A stretch of 64,000 nt of DNA from an uncultured Pelagibacteraceae bacterium (GCA_902624185.1 CACNWU010000001.1:4085-68084); one strand, 5' to 3'; shown: positions 19,984 to 30,790, counted from the first letter of the stretch. A program made the numbers and translations. The notes: generated from the letters alone by a model not told the origin.

Positions 19984-20014
19984 ATGGTCGTGTTAATCTA
20001 ATTAGCACGACCAT
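19984..20014. terminator. Hairpin between convergent genes, probable bidirectional terminator
   Basis: ATGGTCGTGTTAAT-cta-ATTAGCACGACCAT, 14-bp stem with one G-U pair. Confidence 0.8.
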
Positions 20015-20023
20015 TATCTTATT

Positions 20024-20362
20024 TTAAGAACTTACTTTTCCTAAATAGTTTACAAGAATAACACCAATAATTATTAAAATTATACCTACAGTTCCATAAA
20101 TATTAGGCAACTGATTGTATTTTAAAATACCAAAGATCGTTACTGCAGTAATTGTTAGTCCTCCGTATGTTGCATAGGTAAAACCAACAGGAATTATATT
20201 CATTGCTTTAGATAAACAAAATAAACATAAAACGATTGAGACTACACAAAAAATTGTTGGAAAAACATTTGTAAAACCATTGGTAGTTTTTAAGAAACCA
20301 TTAGCAGAAATTCCAAGTATAATTGCTAAAAATAAATAAATGTATCCTGATGAAAAATTCAT
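20024..20362 (-). CDS. SMR/DMT family small transporter (EmrE-like fold, Glu14 position is Gly)
   Basis: 4 TM; YIYLFLAIILG, IPVGFTYATYGG, GIILIIIGV. Confidence 0.85.
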   Translation of the reverse strand: MNFSSGYIYLFLAIILGISANGFLKTTNGFTNVFPTIFCVVSIVLCLFCLSKAMNIIPVGFTYATYGGLTITAVTIFGILKYNQLPNIYGTVGIILIIIGVILVNYLGKVSS

Positions 20363-20371
20363 CAGGTTATA

Positions 20372-21199
20372 TTATTTTATTTTTGATCTAATAAAAGCAG
20401 AAAGATGATCTATAATAAAGATTGTTACAAAAATAAGTATAATTATTGCTGATACTCTTTCATACTCAAACATCCTGAAAGATGATTGTAGTTCATATCC
20501 TATTCCACCCGCTCCAACGATTCCTAACATTGTTGCCATTCTAACATTTCTATCTAAGATATATAAATTGTTTGCAACAAATGATGGTAAGATTTGAGGT
20601 ATAACACCAAATGAAATAATTTGACTTTTAGTTGCACCAGATGATTTAAGAGCATCAATTGGTCCTTTATTAATATGCTCAATATCTTCTGCGTAAAATT
20701 TTGCTAAGAATCCCATCGTGTGTAAACCTAAAGCTAGAACGCCCGGCATAGCACCAAACCCGATAGCTATAACCAAGATCATCGCCATAATAAACTCTGG
20801 TATAGCTCTAAAAAATATAACAATAGTTTTGCAAATTATATATACAAAATAGTTTGGAGCTAAATTTCTAGCTGAAAATAATCCCAAAGGTATAGATAAA
20901 ACAATTGCAAGAAAAGTTCCTAAAATTGCAATTTCAATGGTTTCTAAGATTGCAAAAAATAATTGACTAAAATTGCTGAAATCAGGTGGTAACATTCTTG
21001 ATAAGATGTCACCAAAGTATTTTGAAGAGTCTGTTACTAATTTAATAAAATCAATCTCAAGATCTTTAACAATAAATATCAAGATTAATACCGACAAAAT
21101 GATAGAAATTAACGTTTTATATGACCATTGAGGTTTTAAGTATTTTTCAAGATTTTTATCTTTATTATCTACTTTAAGCTTTAGAATATTATCGTTCAT
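20372..21199 (-). CDS. phnE: Phosphonate ABC transporter permease
   Basis: ETIEIAILGT, RAIPE, NVRMATMLGIVGAGGIG. Confidence 0.95.
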   Translation of the reverse strand: MNDNILKLKVDNKDKNLEKYLKPQWSYKTLISIILSVLILIFIVKDLEIDFIKLVTDSSKYFGDILSRMLPPDFSNFSQLFFAILETIEIAILGTFLAIVLSIPLGLFSARNLAPNYFVYIICKTIVIFFRAIPEFIMAMILVIAIGFGAMPGVLALGLHTMGFLAKFYAEDIEHINKGPIDALKSSGATKSQIISFGVIPQILPSFVANNLYILDRNVRMATMLGIVGAGGIGYELQSSFRMFEYERVSAIIILIFVTIFIIDHLSAFIRSKIK

Positions 21200-21200
21200 A

Positions 21201-21923
21201 TTAAGTATAAATTTTCTCTAAGTTTATAGTATTTATTTTAGATGAATTTTCATCAAATATGATTTTTCCATCCATTAAGCCAACTATTCTATCTGAGTAT
21301 TTTTTTGCTAAATCTACTTGGTGAAGATTGCATAATATTGTTGTTCCAAAATCTTGGTTTATTCTTTTTAATAAAGATAAAATCAAATTTGCTGCTTTTG
21401 GATCAAGACTAGCGACAGGTTCATCGGCTAATAATAACAATGGTTTTTTAATAATGGCTCTAGCGATACCGATACGTTGTCTTTGACCACCTGATAACTC
21501 ATCTGATCTACTGTATGATTTTTCAAGTAAACCAACTGTTTCTAGAGATCTTAAAGCTTTAATTTTTTGATTTTTTGAAAATAAATAAAATAAAGATAAA
21601 AATTTATTACTTGAATTTAAAAGACCTGTTAAAACATTATTTATAGCAGACAAATTATTAACTAAATTGAATTCTTGAAAAATCATTCCTGTTTTTTTTT
21701 GAACATCTAAAATCGTATTCTTATTTACAATTTTATTATCAAAGTAAATTTCTCCTCCACTTGCTGTTTCAAGTCCATTTATACTTCTTAGTAAAGTTGT
21801 TTTACCTGATCCACTAGGTCCTAGGATGCTTACAAATTCTCCTTTATTAACTTTTAAATTAATACCCTTTAAAGCAGGAGTTCCATTATCAAAGGTTTTT
21901 TTAAGATCATTAATTTCAAGCAT
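21201..21923 (-). CDS. phnC: Phosphonate ABC transporter ATPase
   Basis: GPSGSGKTT, LSGGQRQR, ADEPVASLDP, NLHQVDLA. Confidence 0.95.
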   Translation of the reverse strand: MLEINDLKKTFDNGTPALKGINLKVNKGEFVSILGPSGSGKTTLLRSINGLETASGGEIYFDNKIVNKNTILDVQKKTGMIFQEFNLVNNLSAINNVLTGLLNSSNKFLSLFYLFSKNQKIKALRSLETVGLLEKSYSRSDELSGGQRQRIGIARAIIKKPLLLLADEPVASLDPKAANLILSLLKRINQDFGTTILCNLHQVDLAKKYSDRIVGLMDGKIIFDENSSKINTINLEKIYT

Positions 21924-21939
21924 AATAGTTTAATTTTAA

Positions 21940-22794
21940 TTAGCTTTTATCTTTATTTAATAGTTCAATAACTTCTCTTAAAACATTATAGTCAGAGTCT
22001 TTAACTTCCATGTAGTGAGACATCTTTCCACCATATCCACCTATCTCACCATGTTTATGGGCCTCTAATACTGCTTTCTTAATTTTATCCCTATCTTCTT
22101 TCGGTATCATTTTTGAATAAGCTAATGGTGGAGGTGGAACTCTATCTGATTTGTGAATAATTCTTACATCTTCTTTTTTAAAAGTACCATCTTCTAATCT
22201 TGCCTCAAAATTTCTTGAGCTCATTCCGCAAACATCAGATTGGTTATTTAATACAGCTAACAAACAAGCATCATGACTTCCGGCATAAAAAACATTTTTA
22301 AAATGGTCTTTGTTTTTAATTGAAAGATTTATTTTGCTTAACTCTACCTGGGGTATTAAATCACCACTTGTTGATCCTATGGTATTAAGGGATAAAATTT
22401 TACCCTCCACATCTTGAAATTTTTTTAAAGGACTGTCATTTTTGACAACAAAATAAGTATAATAACCAGCATCCTTCTCTCCTGGTCTTACACCTGCAGC
22501 AAAAGCTTCTGCATTAGCAATCTCAGCAGCTTTAACATATGTTTTTCCACCATACCAAGCTATATGAGCTCTACCAGCTCTCATTGCTTCAACAGCTGCA
22601 TTATAATCTGTCACTTTAATTGTATCTATTTTTAGACCTGTAAGTTTTTCAGTGATTGTAATTAAAGTTGTGTAGTCACTTTCATCACCCTTCTCACTCG
22701 CTGGAACAAACACCATTTTATAAGTATTTGAATCAGCATTAAGGTTGTTTGTTAAAAAAACTATAAGTACTATAAATAGTAATTTTTTAATCAT
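21940..22794 (-). CDS. phnD: Phosphonate/phosphite/phosphate ABC substrate-binding protein
   Basis: DYNAAVEAM, IAWYGG, STSGDLIP, GSHD; signal peptide. Confidence 0.92.
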   Translation of the reverse strand: MIKKLLFIVLIVFLTNNLNADSNTYKMVFVPASEKGDESDYTTLITITEKLTGLKIDTIKVTDYNAAVEAMRAGRAHIAWYGGKTYVKAAEIANAEAFAAGVRPGEKDAGYYTYFVVKNDSPLKKFQDVEGKILSLNTIGSTSGDLIPQVELSKINLSIKNKDHFKNVFYAGSHDACLLAVLNNQSDVCGMSSRNFEARLEDGTFKKEDVRIIHKSDRVPPPPLAYSKMIPKEDRDKIKKAVLEAHKHGEIGGYGGKMSHYMEVKDSDYNVLREVIELLNKDKS

Positions 22795-22876
22795 AATATT
22801 GATTTTAATATCATTAACTTTGTTCGCTTACAAGTTAATTTAAAATATATAAGTAGTTATTATTTCAGTAAAAACG

Positions 22877-23995
22877 CTATTTTTTTGTGAATTTTTTATT
22901 AAAGCCAGCAATAGCTTTTTTATAGTCTTCAACAGTGTCTATTTCTTTCCAACCACTTTCAATTATAACACAATGAACCTTTATTCCAATATCAACCAAC
23001 TCTTGAATAAAGTCAGTTAAATAGGCTTTTTGGAAAATCTTAGCTCTCTGGAATGGTTTATTCCAATAAATCTTTTTTAATCTATGAAAATTTTCTTTAA
23101 ATATTTTAGTTCCATGATCAGATAATTTGATCATTCCAATAAACTCACCATGAACTTCTTGATTACCTTTGTTGATTTTACCAATTTTTTCAACTTCATT
23201 ATTTGAATTAAAAATTACATTTTCAGCTTCTGAGATTGGATGATCTTTTCTTCCAACATAATAACCTCTCCAATCAATATCAACCACAACAGAAATATCA
23301 TGATTTGACTCAAGTGTTCTTTGAACTACTGAGGAGTCGAATAATATATCAGAATATGAGATTATTATATTTCCATTAATAAACTTTTCAGCATAGAAAA
23401 TTGAATTTAGAATATTGTTATTACGATAATCAGTATTTTCGAAATATTTAATACCTTTATACTTAATTTTTTCTTTTTTATAACCACGGATTAAAGATAT
23501 ATTTTCAACTCCTGAATTTTTATAGGCTTCGAGTTGTCTTTGAAGTAAAGTTTTTCCACCAAAATCAAGCATACACTTTGGCAAATTTTCAGTGTGTTTT
23601 TTTAGTCTACTGCCTAGTCCTGCTGCAATAATTAAAGCTTTTGTTTTTTTTTTACTAATTGAGTTTTCTAATAATTCAATTTGTTTTTCGTTAAGATTAT
23701 TTTCCTGGATAGTTCTTAAAAGAGAATTAATTTTAGGATTTTTAACAATAAAATCATTAATATCTGGGGCCAAAGTTTTTTTTGAATATCCAGCTAAATC
23801 ATTAAGTTTTTTGTTATCGATAGATAAAATAGAAGAAATTTTTTTTATAATATCTAATTTAGGTGCTGTTCTTTTCTCTTTTTCTATATCGTTGAGATAA
23901 GATGCTGATACTCCAATTTTTGAAGCTAATGCTCTTTGTCCTATTCCTTTTTGAATTCTTACTTCTCTTATAAATGGTCCAAATTTTTTATTCAT
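22877..23995 (-). CDS. XRE-type HTH fused to LicC/PntC-like (phosphocholine/phosphonate) cytidylyltransferase
   Basis: N-term GIGQRALASKIGVSASYLNDIEK (HTH); C-term IIAAGLGSRL..PKC, YSDILF, GEFIG, GWKEIDTVEDY. Confidence 0.85.
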   Translation of the reverse strand: MNKKFGPFIREVRIQKGIGQRALASKIGVSASYLNDIEKEKRTAPKLDIIKKISSILSIDNKKLNDLAGYSKKTLAPDINDFIVKNPKINSLLRTIQENNLNEKQIELLENSISKKKTKALIIAAGLGSRLKKHTENLPKCMLDFGGKTLLQRQLEAYKNSGVENISLIRGYKKEKIKYKGIKYFENTDYRNNNILNSIFYAEKFINGNIIISYSDILFDSSVVQRTLESNHDISVVVDIDWRGYYVGRKDHPISEAENVIFNSNNEVEKIGKINKGNQEVHGEFIGMIKLSDHGTKIFKENFHRLKKIYWNKPFQRAKIFQKAYLTDFIQELVDIGIKVHCVIIESGWKEIDTVEDYKKAIAGFNKKFTKK

Positions 23996-24005
23996 TAGTT
24001 AATAT

Positions 24006-25130
24006 TTAAAAACATATTTTTGAAAAATTTTTATCAAAATAATCTATAGTATTTCCATAATTATAAAAATTATTTTCTAAAAAATTATCAATTTCTTTTT
24101 TATCAAAACTTGCTATTGCCTTATTTATAACTTTATCAATTTCATTTAATTCATGTTTATTAAATTCATATCCAAATTTATCTTTAATAGTATCTTCTAT
24201 TGGAATTAAGGTCTTAAATTTCTCAAAACTTTCATTATGTACTTTATCAAAATCACTATAAAAAATTACAGGTTTTTTAAATAACATCATGTATTCTATT
24301 GATATACCTGAATTATCAGTGATTAGACATTTTGCATTTTTCATTGCTTCAAAATTTTCAGAATTATCATCAAATAAAAAATTTTTATGTTTAAAATTTT
24401 CTTTATAAGATTCCATTAAATTTTGTGATCTTTTTACTGTTTCTGGATGAGGTCTAAATCTTACTTTGTAACCTGAGTTTAACAAGTTTTTAAGAATTTC
24501 TTCAAAATCTTCATTAATAAAATTAAGTCTATTTTTGTTCCAAGATGGAGCAACTAGAATTTCGCTATCATTCTGTGACTCTGTGATTTTGTCTTTTAAA
24601 TAATCAAAATAAAAAAAACCTGATTTTATTAATTTTTTTTCTTTTAAATTATCTAACTTTTCTCTTTGGCGAATTTCTTCAATTTGATATTCACCATTAC
24701 ATAATATTGTATCGTAATTATCAAATGCTGTTGATGTATAGATTCGTGTCGTACTTACTGCACCGTGAAAAAAATAAATATAATTCTTCACAAAACCGTT
24801 TCTCTTAATAATATTGTTGTTAAGATCGGTCAAAGTCATAAATAAATTATCTGTTACAATACTTTTAAAGAAATACTGTAACAAAAAGCCATTACCAATA
24901 TAGACATTAACTACATTTAAATCTGAAACTTTATCGTTAATATCTGACGATACATAATATACATCTCCTGGATATTTTTTCGATAAATATTCTAATATTG
25001 GATAACCATACTTCAAATACGCCCTATTTTCAGAATAAAAAATAAATCTTGGTTTATTTTTATTTATATTATTTATTTCCTTAAATTTAAGAAAAAAATT
25101 TTTTAGATTATTTGATAATTTTTTTAACAT
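24006..25130 (-). CDS. CDP-glycerol:glycerophosphotransferase (TagB/TagF-like) family protein
   Basis: FFHG, LVAPSW, FRPHP, LITDNSGISIEY..KPVIF motifs. Confidence 0.8.
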   Translation of the reverse strand: MLKKLSNNLKNFFLKFKEINNINKNKPRFIFYSENRAYLKYGYPILEYLSKKYPGDVYYVSSDINDKVSDLNVVNVYIGNGFLLQYFFKSIVTDNLFMTLTDLNNNIIKRNGFVKNYIYFFHGAVSTTRIYTSTAFDNYDTILCNGEYQIEEIRQREKLDNLKEKKLIKSGFFYFDYLKDKITESQNDSEILVAPSWNKNRLNFINEDFEEILKNLLNSGYKVRFRPHPETVKRSQNLMESYKENFKHKNFLFDDNSENFEAMKNAKCLITDNSGISIEYMMLFKKPVIFYSDFDKVHNESFEKFKTLIPIEDTIKDKFGYEFNKHELNEIDKVINKAIASFDKKEIDNFLENNFYNYGNTIDYFDKNFSKICF

Positions 25131-25136
25131 CTTTAA

Positions 25137-26327
25137 TCATTTTACTCTTCCATAGATATCTTGAAATCTAACAATATCACTTTCTTTTAAAATTGAACCT
25201 ACTTGAGCTTCTATAATTTTAACAGGTTTTTTATAGGGATTTTCTATTCTATGGATTGCACCTAATGGAATAAAAATAGTTTCATTAGGTTTCAATGTAA
25301 AACATTTCTTGTTCAAAGTAATTTTAGGTTTACCATTAGTAACTACCCAATATTCAGCTCTGTGATGATGTTTTTGAAGACTTAATATACCTTTAGGTTT
25401 TACATATAATTCTTTTATTAAAAATTCTTTACCATTAAATAGATTTACATAACTACCCCAAGGTCTATGAAATACATTTTTCTTTTTAAAGTATTGTCTC
25501 TTATTCCTTCCATACATCTTACAGATTTCTTTCCAAGATCCTAAATCAGACCAAGGAATATCTAATTTAATAGCATTTATATCTTTAGTTTTTTCTAATA
25601 TTGCATAATCAAAAGACTTAGCTTTTGCTTTGGTAAATGCTTGTTTGTTTAAATAATACACATTACTTTTATATTTTGCTTTTGTTACTGCTTTAAGACA
25701 ATTTCTATAAATATTTGGTTGGTATTTTTTAAAATTATTAATGATTGAGTCTTTTCTCAAATAAAACATTCCAGAGTTCCAATAACCTTTTTTACTTATA
25801 ATTTGTTTAGCTTTAGCTTCTTTAGGTTTTTCTATAAATCTAGTTACTTTGGTATTTTTAGTTAAAAAATATCCAAATTCACTAGAAGGCATTGTGGGTT
25901 TAATCCCAAAAATAAATATATTATTTGGGGTTAGTTTCTTTTGATTTTTTTTAATAGCTTTATTAAATAAACCAACCTTCTCTAACAAATGATCAGCAGC
26001 AAAGAACATTAAAGGTTGTTCGTGTGGAATATCCTTTATTAATGCAGTACTTAATATAGCTGGTGCCGTATTTCTTTTTGCTGGCTCTAAAACAATTTTA
26101 AATTTTCTTATTTTGTGTTTTTTAAAATGCTGTTTAACTTGTTTTAGATATTTTGTATTTGTGCTTATGATTGGTGTATCAAATATAGAGGATTTTATTC
26201 TTTCTAGAGTTTTACCTAATAATGTCCAATTACCAAAATCTATAAACTGCTTTGCTTGATGTTTTTTAGCATTTGGCCAAAGTCTTGTTCCTGCTCCACC
26301 ACATAAAATTACTGGGCGAATTTTCAT
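25137..26327 (-). CDS. manC: Mannose-1-phosphate guanylyltransferase / mannose-6-phosphate isomerase (shortened)
   Basis: ILCGGAGTRLWP, EPAKRNTAPA, WNSGMF, WSDLGSW, RPWGSY, SLQKHHHRAE cupin. Confidence 0.92.
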   Translation of the reverse strand: MKIRPVILCGGAGTRLWPNAKKHQAKQFIDFGNWTLLGKTLERIKSSIFDTPIISTNTKYLKQVKQHFKKHKIRKFKIVLEPAKRNTAPAILSTALIKDIPHEQPLMFFAADHLLEKVGLFNKAIKKNQKKLTPNNIFIFGIKPTMPSSEFGYFLTKNTKVTRFIEKPKEAKAKQIISKKGYWNSGMFYLRKDSIINNFKKYQPNIYRNCLKAVTKAKYKSNVYYLNKQAFTKAKAKSFDYAILEKTKDINAIKLDIPWSDLGSWKEICKMYGRNKRQYFKKKNVFHRPWGSYVNLFNGKEFLIKELYVKPKGILSLQKHHHRAEYWVVTNGKPKITLNKKCFTLKPNETIFIPLGAIHRIENPYKKPVKIIEAQVGSILKESDIVRFQDIYGRVK

Positions 26328-28045
26328 TAAATCTTTGAGTAATCCTTAACTTCTTTTTTCTTACCTGGATGTGTTGGTGCACCTAAATACGCAGGTCCAA
26401 CCGTTTGTGCATATTTCCAAAGTGTTCCTGATCCAAAATCAGATTTTCTAGCTTTCCATTTTCTTCTTCTTGAGGCTAGCTGTGCTCTTGTTAATCGAAC
26501 GTTAATCGTTCCCTTTTTAGCATCTATATCAATTACATCTCCATTACGTAAAAGAGCAATAGGACCTCCTAAAGCAGCCTCTGGTCCCACGTGACCTACA
26601 CAAAAGCCTCTTGTAGCTCCTGAGAACCTCCCATCAGTAATTAGAGCAACCTTCTCTCCCTTACCTTGACCATAAATAGCACCTGTTGTTGAAAGCATTT
26701 CTCTCATACCAGGTCCACCTACTGGTCCTTCATATCTAATGATGATTACATCACCATCTTTATATTTTCTACTTTGAACAGCTTTCATTGCGCTTTCTTC
26801 ATTATCAAAACATCTTGCTCTTCCAGTAAATTGTAATTTTTTAAGTCCAGCAATTTTTACAATTCCACCTTCTGGAGCTAAATTTCCTTTTAATCCTACA
26901 ACACCACCATCTGGTGATAAAGGTTTATTGTAAGCTCTTAAAACTTTTTGCTTAGGATTGAATTTAATTCCTCTTAAATTTTCTTTCATTGTTTTGCCAG
27001 TTACAGTCATACAATCACCATGAATGTAACCACCATCATAAAGAGTTTTTAACAACATAGGTACACCCCCAGCTAACCACATATCTTTTGCAACATATTT
27101 TCCACCTGGTTTTAAATCAGCAAGATAAGGAGTTTTTTTAAATATTTTTGCAACATCCATTAAATCAAATTTAATTCCAGCTTCATTTGCTATTGCTGGT
27201 AAGTGCAAAGCTGCGTTAGTTGATCCTCCAGTTGCAGCTACAATTGTTGCAGCATTTTCTAACGCTTTTTTAGTTACAATATCTCTTGGTTTTATTTTTT
27301 TTGCTAATAGTTCCATTACCATTCTACCACTTAATTTTGCGTACTTATCTCTTTCCTCATAAGGAGCTGGTGTTCCGGCTGAGTAAGGTAATGCTAAACC
27401 AATAGCTTCTGAAACACATGCCATAGTATTGGCAGTAAACTGACCTCCACAAGCACCTGCGCTTGGACATGCAACTAATTCGAGATTTCTTAATTCTTTT
27501 GCAGACATTTGTCCTGAGGAATGTTTTCCAACAGCTTCAAAAACATCAACGACAGTTACATCTTTACCTTTATATCTTCCAGGTAGTATTGATCCACCAT
27601 AAATAAAAACACTTGGAACATTTAATCGAACCATTGACATCATTAAACCTGGTAATGATTTATCACAACCAGCAATACCTACTAACGCATCATAACAATG
27701 GCCTCTTACAGTTAGTTCTGCTGAGTCAGCAATTACTTCTCTAGAAATTAATGAAGACTTCATTCCCTCATGTCCCATTGCGATACCATCAGTTACAGTA
27801 ATTGTACAAAATTCTCTTGGAGTTCCACCTGAAGTTCTTACACCTTTTTTTACTGACTGTGCCTGTCTCATTAAAGCTATATTGCATGGAGCTGCCTCAT
27901 TCCATGTTGAAACAACACCTATAAATGGTTTTGATACATCTTTTTCAGTTTCCCCCATTGCATAATAAAAAGATCTATGTGGAGCTCTATCAGCACCTAA
28001 AGATGTATGTCTACTTGGTAATTTTTTCTTATTAAATTTCCGCAT
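26327..28045 (-). CDS. ilvD: Dihydroxy-acid dehydratase
   Basis: [32 protein letters not shown]. Confidence 0.98.
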   Translation of the reverse strand: MRKFNKKKLPSRHTSLGADRAPHRSFYYAMGETEKDVSKPFIGVVSTWNEAAPCNIALMRQAQSVKKGVRTSGGTPREFCTITVTDGIAMGHEGMKSSLISREVIADSAELTVRGHCYDALVGIAGCDKSLPGLMMSMVRLNVPSVFIYGGSILPGRYKGKDVTVVDVFEAVGKHSSGQMSAKELRNLELVACPSAGACGGQFTANTMACVSEAIGLALPYSAGTPAPYEERDKYAKLSGRMVMELLAKKIKPRDIVTKKALENAATIVAATGGSTNAALHLPAIANEAGIKFDLMDVAKIFKKTPYLADLKPGGKYVAKDMWLAGGVPMLLKTLYDGGYIHGDCMTVTGKTMKENLRGIKFNPKQKVLRAYNKPLSPDGGVVGLKGNLAPEGGIVKIAGLKKLQFTGRARCFDNEESAMKAVQSRKYKDGDVIIIRYEGPVGGPGMREMLSTTGAIYGQGKGEKVALITDGRFSGATRGFCVGHVGPEAALGGPIALLRNGDVIDIDAKKGTINVRLTRAQLASRRRKWKARKSDFGSGTLWKYAQTVGPAYLGAPTHPGKKKEVKDYSKI

Positions 28046-30672
28046 TATAAACTTTCAATAGTTAATGATATTTTTTTGATATCATTTTTTAAATTACTAT
28101 AGTTAGTTTTTTCTTGTTCAACAATATTTTTTGGAGCTCTATCTGTAAATCCTTTATTTGATAATCGCTGGGATATCTTGTCCATTTCTTCTTGATATTT
28201 GTTCTGTCTTTTAAGCAAATTTTCCTTTATTAAATTTAAATCAACATTCTCATCAAAATATATCTTAAATATGTCACCAGATATGACTAGAGTAGCTGAG
28301 GGTTTTTTCTGATCCTCATCATAGAAATTATTGATACGTCCGAGCTTTTTAAGAACTACCTCGTTATTTGTCATTAAAATTTTGTTCTTTTTAGCAATTT
28401 TATTAATAGATATATCTATAAATGATCCTGGGCTCACATTTAATTCATTTTTAAATGATCTAAGTTCAGATATAACATTAATAATTTTCTCAACATCCTT
28501 CATCGACTGATCTTTTTTGGGCTTACCTACAGGCCAGTTTGCATACATAAGAAAATTATTATTAGATTTATCAAATTTATTTTTAAGCCAAATTTTTTCT
28601 GTAACAAATGGAATAAATGGATGAAGAATAATTAATATTTGTTTAAATATATAGGCAGATACTTCTTTTACCTCTTTTTTGGCTTTTTCATCATCAGAAA
28701 AAAGAATTGTTTTTGAAAGTTCGATATACCAATCACAATATGAATGCCAAGCAAACTGGTAGGCATTTTTAGCAGCCTCATCAAATCGATAATCTTTGAG
28801 ATTTTTTTCTATCTTGTCTTTTGTTAAATAAAGTTCTGAATAAATCCACTTATTAATATTTAATATAGCTTTAGGGGCATTATTAGTTTTATTAAAATCA
28901 CATTTGTTAGTGATTAAAAAGTTATTAGCATTCCATAATTTGTTTAAAAAATTTCTATATCCTTTAACTCTATCCTCAGAAAGTTTCACATCTGTGCCTG
29001 GTGAAGCCATTGAAAGAAGTGTAAATCTTAAAGCATCCGCACTATATTTTTCTATTAAGTCTAGAGGATCAATAACATTCCCTTTTGACTTAGACATTTT
29101 TTGTCCCTTTTCATCTCTTACTAATGCATGAACATAAATATCTTTAAATGGTTCTTTATTTAAAAACTCCATTCCAAACATCATCATTCTTGCTACCCAA
29201 AAAAAGATAATATCAAAACCTGTAACCAAAACTGTTGTAGGATAAAATTTCTTAACAAAATCTTTTTTATCAGGCCAACCTAATGTTGCAAAAGGCCATA
29301 AACCTGAAGAAAACCATGTGTCTAATACATCGGGATCTCTAACTAAATTTACATCTTTTTTATAAAACTTTTTAGCTTGTTTTTTTGCATTACTTTCATT
29401 TGTTGCAACAAAAATTTTTTTATTTGGTCCATACCAAGCTGGTATTTGATGACCCCACCAAAGTTGTCTTGATATACACCATGGTTCAATATTGTTCATC
29501 CATTGAAAATAAGTCTTTGACCAATTTTCTGGAAAGAAATTTGTTTTTTTAGACTTAACAATTTTCTTCGCTTTAATAGATAATTTTTTAGCATTTACGA
29601 ACCATTGTTCCGTTAAAAAAGGTTCTATAATTGAATTAGATCTATCCCCATATGGTACTTTATTTTTTATATTTTCCTCTTTAACAAAGAAATTTTTTTC
29701 TTTTAATTCATCTAGTATTTTTTTACGAGCTTCAAATCTATCTAATCCAATATAATTTTTTGGAGCATTTTTGTTAATTTTACCATCTTTAGTAAAAACA
29801 TTTATGATTTCCAATTTGTTTCTTTGTCCAACATCATAATCATTAAAATCATGAGCTGGAGTTATTTTTAAAGCACCTGTTCCTTGCTCTGGGTCAGCAT
29901 AATTATCTTTTATGATCTTAATTTTTCTTCCTACAATGGGGATAGTGACTGTCATACCTACGAATTTCTTAAATCTTTTATCTTTTGGGTTTACTGCAAT
30001 CGCAGTATCACCAAGCATAGTTTCAGGTCTTGTAGTAGCTATAGTGATGAATTCATCAGATTTATCTATAGGATACTTAATATAGTAAATCTTAGAATTC
30101 ATTTCTCTTTGATCTACCTCTAAATCAGATATTGCTGTTTTTAATACAGTATCCCAATTTACTAATTTTTCAGCTTTATAAATTAATTTTTTTTTATGAA
30201 GTTCAACAAAAACTTTAATTACAGATTTTGATAAATTTTCATCCATAGTAAAAGCATTTCTGGACCAATCACATGAGCAACCAAGTTTTTTAAGCTGGTT
30301 GATTATTATATCTCCATATTGATTTTTCCATTCCCACACTTTTTTAATAAATTTTTCTCTACCTAAATCATTTTTATTTAAATTTTCATTTTCTAGTTTT
30401 TTTTCAACAAGAGCTTGGGTTGCTATTCCCGCATGATCTGTACCGGGTTGCCATAAAGTTTCGTAATTATTCATTCTGTAATAACGAGTTAAAAGATCTT
30501 GAATTGAATTATTCAATGCATGGCCCATATGTAAACTTCCAGTTACATTGGGTGGTGGAATTACTATTGAGAATTTTTTTTTATTTTTTTTAGGTTTGAA
30601 AAGTTCATTTTTTTCCCAGTATGAATAAATATCATCTTCTACTTCAGAATGTATATATTTATCGCTACTCAT
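28045..30672 (-). CDS. valS: Valyl-tRNA synthetase
   Basis: [29 protein letters not shown]. Confidence 0.99.
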   Translation of the reverse strand: MSSDKYIHSEVEDDIYSYWEKNELFKPKKNKKKFSIVIPPPNVTGSLHMGHALNNSIQDLLTRYYRMNNYETLWQPGTDHAGIATQALVEKKLENENLNKNDLGREKFIKKVWEWKNQYGDIIINQLKKLGCSCDWSRNAFTMDENLSKSVIKVFVELHKKKLIYKAEKLVNWDTVLKTAISDLEVDQREMNSKIYYIKYPIDKSDEFITIATTRPETMLGDTAIAVNPKDKRFKKFVGMTVTIPIVGRKIKIIKDNYADPEQGTGALKITPAHDFNDYDVGQRNKLEIINVFTKDGKINKNAPKNYIGLDRFEARKKILDELKEKNFFVKEENIKNKVPYGDRSNSIIEPFLTEQWFVNAKKLSIKAKKIVKSKKTNFFPENWSKTYFQWMNNIEPWCISRQLWWGHQIPAWYGPNKKIFVATNESNAKKQAKKFYKKDVNLVRDPDVLDTWFSSGLWPFATLGWPDKKDFVKKFYPTTVLVTGFDIIFFWVARMMMFGMEFLNKEPFKDIYVHALVRDEKGQKMSKSKGNVIDPLDLIEKYSADALRFTLLSMASPGTDVKLSEDRVKGYRNFLNKLWNANNFLITNKCDFNKTNNAPKAILNINKWIYSELYLTKDKIEKNLKDYRFDEAAKNAYQFAWHSYCDWYIELSKTILFSDDEKAKKEVKEVSAYIFKQILIILHPFIPFVTEKIWLKNKFDKSNNNFLMYANWPVGKPKKDQSMKDVEKIINVISELRSFKNELNVSPGSFIDISINKIAKKNKILMTNNEVVLKKLGRINNFYDEDQKKPSATLVISGDIFKIYFDENVDLNLIKENLLKRQNKYQEEMDKISQRLSNKGFTDRAPKNIVEQEKTNYSNLKNDIKKISLTIESL

Positions 30673-30790
30673 GGGTTTTAATAGTTTATAATTTATTAAT
30701 CTAAATTAACAATAATCAAATTAGAACGTTATTTAATAGACTAATTGCAAATATTTTATATAAAACTCTTTGTAGCTATCTACTAAAACT

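Noticed and set aside
20372-22794. Phosphite utilisation (ptxABCD) or C-P lyase operon
   Set aside because: No phosphite dehydrogenase or phnG-M genes nearby; cannot exclude them elsewhere in the genome
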